Origin: a virus
Direction: 5' to 3' (one strand)
Length of the DNA stretch: 64,000 bases
Virus record (IMG/VR): IMGVR_UViG_3300045988_173816
Span: 160,001-224,000 of that record
The notes under the pieces are model-generated. The model was not told the DNA's origin. It made no database searches and saw only the letters and a program-made list of their open reading frames with translations. This document shows, piece by piece, positions 17,743 through 26,980 of the stretch (position 1 is the stretch's first letter; each line of letters starts with the position of its first letter). A program made the translations under genes and the position numbers.

Positions 17743-18966
17743 ATGAAATTGACTCGCAAAGTAGTTCTTAAACCAAATAAGACTATGAAGCAAGTTTTAG
17801 ATTCTCTTTGTGACTACAGACGATATTGTTGGAACGAAGCACTTGAAGTGTGGAATACTTTGTATGAGCAACGTTTAATAGGTTTAACTGAGAAAGAGCG
17901 TTCTGCAATTCAAGAGTTAGTTAAATCAAAACAACCATTGACTGATGAGTTACAAGAGTTAAATGCTTTATACCCTTCACCCAGTTATTATACAGTTAGA
18001 AATATATTAACTTCTCAAAAAGAGGATTGGCAATACTTGTTATCTTCAAGAGTATTACAACTTGCAGTAAAGGATTTATCAGACTCTTGGTTTCGTTTCT
18101 ATGAGAACTCTAAGGAGTTTGGGAAACCTACTTATAAAAGTAGCAAAGCACCAAAGCAAGGTTTTAAAACAGACCGTAGTCGTATTATAAATGGTAAATT
18201 AGTTTTAGATAAACCTCAACCTTACAAAGAAACTTGGTACCCTATCTCGTTTAGAGGTGCTAATTTATCCGATGGTAAAATTACTTTGTGTTCTATAACC
18301 CGTGTAAATGGTAAGTATTATGCATCTTTAGTGGTTGAAATTGAACTTCTTAACTTGACTAAAACTGATAAAGTCAACGCAGTTGATTTAAACGTAGACC
18401 ATTTTGACACGTTAGATGGTCGTTTCAACCTACAATCTAAGCTTTTAAATAAACTCTATAATAGAGTTAAACATTACCAAAAAGTGTTAGCTCGTAAGCG
18501 TTTAGAAAATCCTGATTACAAAAACTCAAAAGGGTATCAAGCAACGAGAGTCAAGTTGCAAGCTACTTATGAGCGTATTCGGAATATTCAAGATGACTTA
18601 CTACATAAGTTTACAACTTCACTCTTTGTAAATTACGATACTGTAGTTCTTGAAGACTTAGATGTAAGGAAAATGCAAATGAAGAAACAAGCAAAGAATT
18701 TGCATCGTTCCTTATTTGGTCGTTTTCGTCAGTATATGGAGTATAAAGCTATTAAGTTTGATAAAAAGCTTATTATAGCTGATAGGTTCTATCCTTCAAC
18801 CCAACGTTGTTCTTCTTGTGGTTTTGTAAAAACTGGTGAAGATAAGATAACTCTTGAAGGGAATAAGAAACACGGTACAAAACATCATGAGTATGTTTGT
18901 TATGGGTGTGGATTTACTACGGATAGAGACTACAATGCGGTATTAAATTTGTTAGCTTTAGCTTAA
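17743..18966 (+). CDS. tnpB: TnpB (IS607/IS605 OrfB-type RuvC nuclease), apparently intact
   Basis: AAGGAGG RBS. RuvC motifs VDLNVD, VLEDLDVRKM and DRDYNAV are present. Zn finger CSSCG...CYGCG. Confidence 0.85.
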   Translation: MKLTRKVVLKPNKTMKQVLDSLCDYRRYCWNEALEVWNTLYEQRLIGLTEKERSAIQELVKSKQPLTDELQELNALYPSPSYYTVRNILTSQKEDWQYLLSSRVLQLAVKDLSDSWFRFYENSKEFGKPTYKSSKAPKQGFKTDRSRIINGKLVLDKPQPYKETWYPISFRGANLSDGKITLCSITRVNGKYYASLVVEIELLNLTKTDKVNAVDLNVDHFDTLDGRFNLQSKLLNKLYNRVKHYQKVLARKRLENPDYKNSKGYQATRVKLQATYERIRNIQDDLLHKFTTSLFVNYDTVVLEDLDVRKMQMKKQAKNLHRSLFGRFRQYMEYKAIKFDKKLIIADRFYPSTQRCSSCGFVKTGEDKITLEGNKKHGTKHHEYVCYGCGFTTDRDYNAVLNLLALA

Positions 18967-19205
18967 GATATAAAAGAAATTTGGAGGTTGGCTCAACCTC
19001 AAGGGTTATAGAACTAACTCTTTAGATGCGTTAAGAGGTTGTCTCTGTCGTTACCCACAAGTTGGATACGGGAATGCAACTGTTGACGGACGTGAGAAAA
19101 ACTTTAGAGGTAAAGTAATGTTAGATAAACTTATTTATGTCTAGCATTATCTAGGTTTTTCGGAGCAGAGTGAGGGGGAGTTTCTTCCTTTCGTTTTCTA
19201 TTTTA
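18967..19205 (+). ncRNA. putative TnpB omegaRNA / right-end region
   Basis: About 240 nt of non-coding, hairpin-rich sequence directly 3' of tnpB (e.g. GGAGGTTGGCTCAACCTC). Assigned by position only. Confidence 0.35.
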
Positions 19206-19320
19206 AGGCTCATATTTTGCCCTCTGTTCGCTTTTAAGTTAAAGATTGATAATTTATATCTCTTAAATTTAAACCTCAGTACAGAGCAAAGGAAAGCCAT
19301 TTAAACTATGTGGTAAAATT

Positions 19321-19794
19321 ATGCAGAATAAAACAAAAGTTAAATTTTACTTGTGGAAACCGATGCTTCAGTTTTTGATTGGTTTAGCTTTCTTTGGGTT
19401 CTCTTTTTGGGGTGCAAAGACTATTATTCAGGAGAATAAGGTTCGAGAATATCGCAGTATTGTTGAACAGTTTACGCCTTCTACGGTCGAAGAGGTTATA
19501 GCAAAAGTTGATAGAGGTGATACTTTTTATATCTTTGTAGGGGTATCCACTTGTCCAGATTGTCAGAAGTTTGCAAAACGTTTAGACGCTAATTTACACG
19601 ATACGGATATTGATACTAAAACCATTTATTATGTAGGTTTTGATTCTGTAAAGGATTTTAAAGGTTTTTCAGAAGAGAGTCTTGACAGATTAACCGAGGG
19701 TTCAGAAGGTGTACCTATTTTCCGAAAGGTTTATAAAGGTAAATTGCAAAAGCCTTTTGATGATTTAGACAGTTTGATTGGTTATATATATTAA
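19321..19794 (+). CDS. membrane-anchored thioredoxin-like protein
   Basis: N-terminal TM segment (LIGLAFFGFSFWGA) and a CxxC thioredoxin motif (VGVSTCPDCQKFAKRL). The true start may be the internal ATG at 19363, because a TGtGGTAAAAT -10-like box abuts 19321. Confidence 0.75.
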   Translation: MQNKTKVKFYLWKPMLQFLIGLAFFGFSFWGAKTIIQENKVREYRSIVEQFTPSTVEEVIAKVDRGDTFYIFVGVSTCPDCQKFAKRLDANLHDTDIDTKTIYYVGFDSVKDFKGFSEESLDRLTEGSEGVPIFRKVYKGKLQKPFDDLDSLIGYIY

Positions 19795-19809
19795 GTCAAT
19801 AAAGGTAAG

Positions 19810-19840
19810 TGAGAGGTTTTAAGGCTTCTCATTTATTTTT
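19810..19840 (+). terminator. probable intrinsic terminator
   Basis: TGAGAGG / CTTCTCA stem (one G-T pair), 8-nt loop, TTTATTTTT. Confidence 0.6.
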
Positions 19841-19938
19841 CTTTCATTTAGTAGGGGGTATGCTCCTAAAATTTGGGCATGCACTCTGATAAGTTATGAT
19901 TCAATAAAAGAAATTAAATTTAAGTGAGGTTAGAAAAC

Positions 19939-20592
19939 ATGGCTAACAAGAAACTATCAGCAACAGGTCAAATGGCACTTGCTTTACCAACTATGCACGG
20001 TCAAAACAACCTTGAACTCGGTATCACTTGGTCTCCGATTCCTCGTAGCTTTTTGGAGTCTGATGTATTAGTTCAGGGAACGGACGAAACTATTAAGAGC
20101 GTATTGGATAACGAAGATTACTTCCAATATCACTTTGTAAATGACAAGTTAGTTCTTGCTTCGATTGATTTTAGTCGAGCCATTCAAGCTTATGAGTATT
20201 TGACAGAAGATAAGAGCATGAGAGAGAAAGCTATTGCTCAACGTAAAAAGACTGCTGAAGCTTTCCGTAAGTTTTTAGAGAAGTTAGCAAAACAACCTTT
20301 GGGAACAAAGGTTGAGGTTGGTATTTACTGTACTAACTCTCTCCCACAAGCAACTAAATTGAGTGGTGAGAAGATTCCAGCTTTTGCAGTAGATTTCCAA
20401 GCACTTGCAAATTTATCTGTGAATATTTTAGGAATGAGCGATTACAACTTAGTTGTGGAATTAGGTGGTCGCAGACTTCCTTTGGCAGTAGAGCTTTTTG
20501 GTATCCCTAATAAGCAGCATTTTGCCGGAGCTGAGATGACACGAGACAACAACGCTTTGGTAGTGGTGATGTCTTTAGAACCCAAAAGTTAA
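19939..20592 (+). CDS. hypothetical protein
   Basis: ATG 19939 lies 8 nt after GTGAGGT (the track start at 19924 is a GTG upstream). No domain recognised. Confidence 0.8.
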   Translation: MANKKLSATGQMALALPTMHGQNNLELGITWSPIPRSFLESDVLVQGTDETIKSVLDNEDYFQYHFVNDKLVLASIDFSRAIQAYEYLTEDKSMREKAIAQRKKTAEAFRKFLEKLAKQPLGTKVEVGIYCTNSLPQATKLSGEKIPAFAVDFQALANLSVNILGMSDYNLVVELGGRRLPLAVELFGIPNKQHFAGAEMTRDNNALVVVMSLEPKS

Positions 20593-20606
20593 GTTGAGAG
20601 GTTTAT

Positions 20607-21503
20607 ATGTTTGAGGAAGAATTAGAACACTTCTCAGATACAGCTAATTTGAGTGAGGGCTTTGAAGAGGAGAGGGTATCTCAAATCCCCTCTCACTTCC
20701 CTCAGTCTCCTTTTATGGATAAGGTATTTGAGAGAGAGTTCAAACAAACAATGGCTTATATTAAGTCTATGAGTCCAACGGTTTTTGGGTTGCACCACTT
20801 GGAACTAACTCAAAGTCCGATAGGTTCTGAATTGCTTTCCTTTGTAAAAATTAAAGGACTTAGTTCGGAGAATTTGTTCAAAGAGTTAGAAGATTGTGAA
20901 TTTGTCTTTATTTCAACTAAGAAAGAGTTTAGTGAGAAAGGTCATTTAGCATATTCTAAATTGAATTTACAATCCATAAAAGCACCAAAAGGTTATCGCT
21001 TGGTTGCTTGTGCGAGTGCCATTCCTATTCCGAATGGGTACAAAAGCCCAGACCCTCAGATTGAATATGTAGGTCAAGATGAGATTATGGAAGGTGCAGT
21101 CCTACAGTATTTTTGGATTTCAGAAGAGTTTTTATATAGAGTAGAAACTGAGGTTGTAACGGTGTCTCTCAAAAGGGTATCTGACCACCTTGGGGGTCGC
21201 TCTGTTGTTTTAACGAACGGAATTGCTGTGTATTTGGTTGTCCAAGACCGTTCTCGAATGAGAAACACAGAGACAAAGAACATTTACTTTGTTGGAAACA
21301 CAGTTGAAGAGTGTAAAGAGCAGATTGTGTCTATGTACAATCGCTTAGTTGAATTTGGTCTAGCTTTTCCTAGTGATGAGTTCACTATTCAAAAAGAGAT
21401 TGGCGGTATTCTAACAACAGTCAACTTGGCTTACAAAGAGTTAGAACCTACGATGGATTTAGACCCAGTAGCGTTTGAGGTCTCGTTAGCAGAAGAAGGA
21501 TAA
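20607..21503 (+). CDS. hypothetical acidic protein
   Basis: 298 aa with GAGAGGT RBS. No domain recognised. Confidence 0.8.
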   Translation: MFEEELEHFSDTANLSEGFEEERVSQIPSHFPQSPFMDKVFEREFKQTMAYIKSMSPTVFGLHHLELTQSPIGSELLSFVKIKGLSSENLFKELEDCEFVFISTKKEFSEKGHLAYSKLNLQSIKAPKGYRLVACASAIPIPNGYKSPDPQIEYVGQDEIMEGAVLQYFWISEEFLYRVETEVVTVSLKRVSDHLGGRSVVLTNGIAVYLVVQDRSRMRNTETKNIYFVGNTVEECKEQIVSMYNRLVEFGLAFPSDEFTIQKEIGGILTTVNLAYKELEPTMDLDPVAFEVSLAEEG

Positions 21504-21508
21504 GAAAT

Positions 21509-21952
21509 ATGAGTAAAGAGTATTTAGCATTATTAGAGTTTCCGAGTGAGAAACCCACAGAATTGGTAGGTTATGCATTAGCAAGTTTTGATACAGAAGA
21601 GGGTATCCTCAGATTTCGTATGAAACAGTTAGCGCGAAACGTAGCTTTGAGTCAATATTCAGACGAAGCAGTTGTACGAGTTTTTGATGCAACTCCTTTG
21701 GCATTTAAAGTGTCCCCAGAGGTATTTACACGCTTTATCGGTGCTACACCAGATGCACTTGGAGATAAGATTTTCAGAGCTTTACATGTGGTTTTAAAAC
21801 AGTGTTATCAGTTGGGGTATGATTTAGATTTCGTTCGCTTAACCTCTGTTTTAGAAGAAAAAGTAAGTTATGATCAGTGGAAAATGATTTTACGTTTATT
21901 ATCTAAAGGTGACGGTACGTTTGAGAAGTGGGGTGTAGCTTATGGTTCATAG
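21509..21952 (+). CDS. hypothetical protein
   Basis: 147 aa, starting 6 nt after the previous stop. Confidence 0.8.
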   Translation: MSKEYLALLEFPSEKPTELVGYALASFDTEEGILRFRMKQLARNVALSQYSDEAVVRVFDATPLAFKVSPEVFTRFIGATPDALGDKIFRALHVVLKQCYQLGYDLDFVRLTSVLEEKVSYDQWKMILRLLSKGDGTFEKWGVAYGS

Positions 21953-23516
21953 AAAACCAGTTCGAGAAATTGAAAGTAAATTAACCGATGGTGGAGCTAA
22001 ATTATTAACTGAGTTTGAAAGTTTAGCTGACGTTGGTGTTGAAAGTCCTAAGCAAGTCGTTTGTATTCACTTTAAAGAGAAAGACCGCTATGGTTTTTAT
22101 ATGCAGAGTGGTAAGAAATTGAAGTCTTTTAGTGTACCTACTGCTTTTATTGATAAGAGTCGAGTCTTGTCGGAACAAGTTTTGAACCATATTAAAGAGA
22201 GTGGTCTCTACTTTGAAGAGGGTGAGAATAGTACAATTAAGGTACCAGTCCTAGCTCGTACAACAAGTACAGTCTTAAAGAATTTCCAAGGTTCCCAATA
22301 TCCAGTGGTATCCTCTTATGTTCGTTATTTTTCAGAGACATTTAGTGAAGAACAGAGAAAACTCTTGTCTCGTTGGTTCTTGCAAGAGAGTTTCTACGAG
22401 GAGGGACTTCAGAGGATTGAACTGGAGTTAAATACTGATACAGACTACTTTAGAGAGAAAGCTGCTAAACTCGCAACTCTCATGGGTGGTGGAACTTGGT
22501 TTTTTAAAGAGTTGAATTACTTTGAAACGGGCGCTAAGTGTACCCTTGGTCACGACATTAAATGGGAATTTGTGGCGGAGGAAGAAGCCACGGGAGAAGT
22601 GTTGAAATTCGGAGTGGATTGTGTACAGGATTTCTTCAATATTGAAGGTCAAGTACAGAACCAGTTGGTACGATTCCGTACTCGCTATTTCAATGAAATG
22701 TTGACCTATGCTTATTCTTATAGTCAGCAGTTAGGGTATCAGAAAAACTTTGGTCTGGCTTTACCTAGTTTTTGGCAAAGTTTAGTTGATGGTGGTTTTG
22801 CAAAACCGACTTCAAAAATTGAGTATTTGTTGAAGTTTGTAAGTGAGTTTAACCGCTTGAACATGCCTTTACCAGTTTCTCTTCGTTTACAGTTCTTAAA
22901 AGAGTTAGAGCAACAGAGAGCACACAATTTAAGATATAGGTTTATGGAAGATACCTTCGGTGCGGTATCCTTGTATAATATGTATTCTCTTTTAGGTGAT
23001 TTAGTTCCATTTATTAGTGAGAATGATAAAGATAAAGGTGCTTGGTCGTCTATTAAAGGTTCTATGGTGAGCGAACATGGTTTGTTACTTCCAGAGAAAG
23101 AGTTAGTTCTTAACTTTTTAGAGCATGGTTTCTTTGCTAGGGTTGATAATTTGTATGCAACTTTAGAGACCTATGGTGACTTAGTTCGTGGTGTACTGGC
23201 TAATTCTACTAGTGAGTTAGATTTTCAACGAACTTATAACAAACTATCTTGGTTTTCGAGTATTCAAAACCGAAGAAGTGGTGAAGAAGTTCCTCACTTA
23301 ATTGGAGGTATTGTACAACATAAATATAGCTCTCCTAGTGTCTTTGGTTTAGGTTCTGCTGGACTTATTGAGAAAGGTGGTAAGCTCGAAGTAGATTTTA
23401 GCAATATTGATAGGTTCTATGAAGGTGTTCTTAATTTGACGGTTAGTTTAGAAGACCTTATGTCTGTATATAACTTATTTGTTAAGAAATTAGAAGAACA
23501 ACGTGCTAAAAGTTAA
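21942..23516 (+). CDS. hypothetical protein
   Basis: 524 aa. Overlaps the previous ORF by 11 nt (translational coupling). Confidence 0.85.
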   Translation: MVHRKPVREIESKLTDGGAKLLTEFESLADVGVESPKQVVCIHFKEKDRYGFYMQSGKKLKSFSVPTAFIDKSRVLSEQVLNHIKESGLYFEEGENSTIKVPVLARTTSTVLKNFQGSQYPVVSSYVRYFSETFSEEQRKLLSRWFLQESFYEEGLQRIELELNTDTDYFREKAAKLATLMGGGTWFFKELNYFETGAKCTLGHDIKWEFVAEEEATGEVLKFGVDCVQDFFNIEGQVQNQLVRFRTRYFNEMLTYAYSYSQQLGYQKNFGLALPSFWQSLVDGGFAKPTSKIEYLLKFVSEFNRLNMPLPVSLRLQFLKELEQQRAHNLRYRFMEDTFGAVSLYNMYSLLGDLVPFISENDKDKGAWSSIKGSMVSEHGLLLPEKELVLNFLEHGFFARVDNLYATLETYGDLVRGVLANSTSELDFQRTYNKLSWFSSIQNRRSGEEVPHLIGGIVQHKYSSPSVFGLGSAGLIEKGGKLEVDFSNIDRFYEGVLNLTVSLEDLMSVYNLFVKKLEEQRAKS

Positions 23517-23536
23517 TTTTCTTTCTTGTCTAAGTC

Positions 23537-23565
23537 TTGCATTTTCCCTCTAAATATGATAAAAT
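23537..23565 (+). promoter_or_regulatory. sigma-A-type promoter (extended -10)
   Basis: TTGCAT, 17 nt, TGaTAAAAT. Confidence 0.55.
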
Positions 23566-23599
23566 TGAGAAAATGTAGTTTAGATAGGATTTTAAAAGT

Positions 23600-23974
23600 A
23601 TGTTAGTTCGTAGCCGACCTTTTAATGCAGGTTTGGAGTTTATCGTAGATTCTACCGTGTACACCTTAGCTCATAAGAGTCATAGTTTAATTCAGAAAAT
23701 GGATTTAGAAGACTTAGATAGCAATAGTCTTCTACGGTACAAACCTGTACAGGTATTTTCTGTTTTATATTTGAAAGGGGTATCTACTTCGGTTGCGGTA
23801 ACTGTTTATAGTGAGAGAGAGGGTTGCAAAAATGCAAACCCTTTGTCTGCTAAAACTTACCAAGTAGTGAGAGAACAGTGGTTGAGAAATAGCAAACTTC
23901 AAGGTTTCTCTCGTATGGAAACACCTACACCAGATGGTGTGATTGTACAAGAAATACTGGTGGTAGGTCTATGA
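23600..23974 (+). CDS. hypothetical protein
   Basis: 124 aa, downstream of the promoter. Overlaps the next start by 4 nt. Confidence 0.7.
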   Translation: MLVRSRPFNAGLEFIVDSTVYTLAHKSHSLIQKMDLEDLDSNSLLRYKPVQVFSVLYLKGVSTSVAVTVYSEREGCKNANPLSAKTYQVVREQWLRNSKLQGFSRMETPTPDGVIVQEILVVGL

Positions 23975-25197
23975 ACACAGTGGTAAAAACTAAGATAACA
24001 CCAAAAGACTTGTATGAGCGTTACTTACAGATGCGTAGTGCAGTTGAGGTTTTAAAGGTTATGTTGTATGACTACGGAATAACTTACTCTCCAACTGTTG
24101 TGCGTAAATTTGAATTGTCTCAGTATGTGGTGGCTCAATTAAAAGACTTAGGTTTTACAAACTATACAGATACGCGTAGTGCTGTGTCCTTGGTGTTAAA
24201 CCTCAATTATTTGGAGTATGTTCAGAAGGTTGTTAGTCCTAAACACCCATTTCAAGTAGGTTTAAATTTGGTAGTTTCTTACTTGCAGTATAAACAAGAG
24301 GTGGACTACTTAGAGAATTTGTATTCCTTTAATGATTTGAAAAATAGAGGGTTTCTTAAAGGGAAAGCTCAAACTCGTCAAGTTAAAGTTTCTGAGGGTA
24401 AACAAAAAGGAGAAGTACCCTTATGGTTGCCTAAGACTTTGAATGATGATATTTCTGTTCATGATGGATATACTGAAGTTGAAGAGTCTTTACACAATGT
24501 ATATTATCAATTTCTAACGAGGGTTGCTAAAGCACAAGGAGTATCCTTATTTACAGGTTGGACTTTTTTAAAAGGTGTTAAAAGAGCGCAAGAGTCTTCT
24601 TTACTGCCTTTAATTCTAAGAGGTTCAATTGAAGTTCAGAATGATAAAATACGCAAAGTTTTAGATTCTTTGTGGACAGATAAAGGTAAGTTTCCTTACT
24701 TTTTAGTTTATGATGATTTATTGAAAGCCCAAACTACGGTGTTAGAGAAGTATACAAAAGAAGAGCCTGACTTGATGGTTCGGAGTATTACTCCGTTTAA
24801 GGTTTCCTTTTCAAGTGGTGGTTTAAAGAATTACCCTTTGTACTACAACTACATTTGTTGGGACTATGATAATAACAAACCATTACCTTCTGCAAATTGT
24901 TTCAAAGGGTTAGGTGGAGAGTTCACACGGGTATCCTTTGTTGGCGCAACCCCTTATTACCTACGAAATGAAGATGGGAAACAAGAAATCTTTTACAAAA
25001 TGGTTAGTAAGTCTCAACTCCATAGTGGTAATGTTCACTTAGAGGAATATTTAAAAGAGTTTTCTCAGATGTTTGGTAGGTACTTTGGCGGGGAAGGTTT
25101 GTTAATTCCTTTAGCTCCAACTCGCACTAATTTAATTAAACAAAGTTTAGAACGATTAGAAAAGAAAGGGGTCTATTTAGTTGACTCGGATAGTTAG
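23971..25197 (+). CDS. hypothetical protein
   Basis: 408 aa. ATGA overlap with the previous ORF. GGTGGTAGG RBS. Confidence 0.85.
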   Translation: MNTVVKTKITPKDLYERYLQMRSAVEVLKVMLYDYGITYSPTVVRKFELSQYVVAQLKDLGFTNYTDTRSAVSLVLNLNYLEYVQKVVSPKHPFQVGLNLVVSYLQYKQEVDYLENLYSFNDLKNRGFLKGKAQTRQVKVSEGKQKGEVPLWLPKTLNDDISVHDGYTEVEESLHNVYYQFLTRVAKAQGVSLFTGWTFLKGVKRAQESSLLPLILRGSIEVQNDKIRKVLDSLWTDKGKFPYFLVYDDLLKAQTTVLEKYTKEEPDLMVRSITPFKVSFSSGGLKNYPLYYNYICWDYDNNKPLPSANCFKGLGGEFTRVSFVGATPYYLRNEDGKQEIFYKMVSKSQLHSGNVHLEEYLKEFSQMFGRYFGGEGLLIPLAPTRTNLIKQSLERLEKKGVYLVDSDS

Positions 25198-25645
25198 TTG
25201 TGGGAGAGGTTTGCAGTTAGCAGCTTCTACCTTTAAGCAGTTAGATTCAGATGATATTGAATTGATTCATTATCTAGGTTCTGACTTCAAGTTATTACCA
25301 GTTTACTTTAGTGTAGGGGGTTCTTACCCACTTGAAGTAGAGGGTATTCTACCTAGTCAATCAAGAATTGGTGCTAGGCTTGGAGATGTGTCTTACTGTG
25401 TAAAAAGTGTTATTTCCTCTAAATTTGGAGGACTTGATATTCAAAGTAGTATTTCCATAGTTGTACCAAGTACAGAGAGAGGTCGGTTAAGTTTAGATAC
25501 TTTGCATGAAGGTTTTGGTGGTTTATCTCTTCCTTTCCTAGAGTTGAAAATATCTGAGGACTTGCGTTCTATCTTTTCTGAGGTCGGAGATATAGAGGAC
25601 TTTTGGGGGACTTTGAATAGCATTCGAAAAGAGAATAGGTGGTAG
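25181..25645 (+). CDS. hypothetical protein
   Basis: 154 aa with TTG start 10 nt after AAAGGGG. Overlaps the previous ORF by 17 nt. Confidence 0.65.
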   Translation: MTRIVSCGRGLQLAASTFKQLDSDDIELIHYLGSDFKLLPVYFSVGGSYPLEVEGILPSQSRIGARLGDVSYCVKSVISSKFGGLDIQSSISIVVPSTERGRLSLDTLHEGFGGLSLPFLELKISEDLRSIFSEVGDIEDFWGTLNSIRKENRW

Positions 25646-25648
25646 AAA

Positions 25649-26962
25649 ATGCAAAACAAAATGGTTGTTTTGGCTTTGTTGGATAGCGCAAATCTTACAA
25701 ATACTGAGCATTCGTATAGCCCAAGTGGTTATGCTCTGGCTCTTGCGGTATCCAACATTTCTCGAAAATTTAAACAAAAGTCAGTACAAGCTGAGATTGA
25801 GAAACAGTTGAAGTCAGAAGAAGAGTTGACTTATACGATTATTCAAGGTTCTTCATTCCCTTTAGCTGTAAGTGATAATTTGTGGGAGTGCTTGAGCACT
25901 TTGCGAGTTGCACAAGATGATGACTTATCTGACTATGATTTGGAGTTGAATGACTCTGAGGGTGGAGTTATTTTCAGAGTTGAAGGTGTATTCACAGATA
26001 AACGAGGACTTCTTAAAGGGGTATCAAATTTCAAATCGGTCGCAGACCGATTGATTGATAAAGATTCTATTGATTTAACTGAAGACCAAGAAGAGTTTAT
26101 TGAAGATGTTAAGTCCAACATTAGATCGTTGGAAGAACTTGAATTAGCTCTCAATGAAGGTTCAAACGGTGGTTCTTTATCTCGTATTTCTGATGAGATG
26201 GAAGAGTTACTAAGTTCTCGAAAATATAACTCTGAATTTCGTAAGTCTTGGGAAGCTCTTCATAAACAACTTTTAGAAGGGAACTCTAAGAACTTTATTG
26301 GTAATGTACCATCTCATTTGTTGGTTGAGGTTGAGAGTCCTTTTGATGTTTATGAAGACTTTGATGAAAGTGTTGATTTAGAGGATGTTCGCACTATTTT
26401 GGAAGCTCAGTTGAGTGGACTTTTACCTTACCAATATGGTGTAGGTGGTTCTATGTACTTGCATTTGCAAGGGTCTGTATTACGAGAAAATGCTTATAAG
26501 CAGTTTGCAGATAAAGGGGTGCGTTATGATGAAGACCATATCAGCACTCTTCAATCTGAGTACAGTTTAAAACCTTATTTGACTTATGGTGAAGCAGTTT
26601 TCCTTTACCTTTTGTCTAAAGGTGGGGTTATAAAGTTACCAACAACAGAAATTGATAGTGTGTTTAAGTCTGTACTTAAGGTTGGTTTTGAGAGTCAACT
26701 TGATTTCTTAAATATTTGGTTCTATAAACCAGGTGGTACCTTTTCTAACTTTGCTGAGATTTATGCTAAAGCGAAACAGATTTCAGCACAAAGTTATGTG
26801 AAGTTTTGTGATAGTTATTTACCTTTTGTGCTTTACTTTGGTTTCTTGTATGTTTTGTACAGTGATAACTTGTTTAACTGTATTCAAGAAGGTTTACCTG
26901 ACTTCACAAGTGAGATTCCAAGACTTGAGTTTGCTAAGTTGATGCAGAAGATTGCAGATTAG
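25649..26962 (+). CDS. hypothetical acidic protein
   Basis: 437 aa with TAGGTGGT RBS. Confidence 0.85.
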   Translation: MQNKMVVLALLDSANLTNTEHSYSPSGYALALAVSNISRKFKQKSVQAEIEKQLKSEEELTYTIIQGSSFPLAVSDNLWECLSTLRVAQDDDLSDYDLELNDSEGGVIFRVEGVFTDKRGLLKGVSNFKSVADRLIDKDSIDLTEDQEEFIEDVKSNIRSLEELELALNEGSNGGSLSRISDEMEELLSSRKYNSEFRKSWEALHKQLLEGNSKNFIGNVPSHLLVEVESPFDVYEDFDESVDLEDVRTILEAQLSGLLPYQYGVGGSMYLHLQGSVLRENAYKQFADKGVRYDEDHISTLQSEYSLKPYLTYGEAVFLYLLSKGGVIKLPTTEIDSVFKSVLKVGFESQLDFLNIWFYKPGGTFSNFAEIYAKAKQISAQSYVKFCDSYLPFVLYFGFLYVLYSDNLFNCIQEGLPDFTSEIPRLEFAKLMQKIAD

Positions 26963-26980
26963 AATAGGTGGTTTAGACGA

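Larger units (their letters stand above)
17115..19205 (+). mobile_element. decayed IS607-family element (tnpA pseudogene plus intact tnpB); ends approximate
   Basis: Same gene order and overlap as the intact IS607 copy at 41255-43040. Boundaries are inferred only from the flanking terminator and the end of the structured 3' region. Confidence 0.5.
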
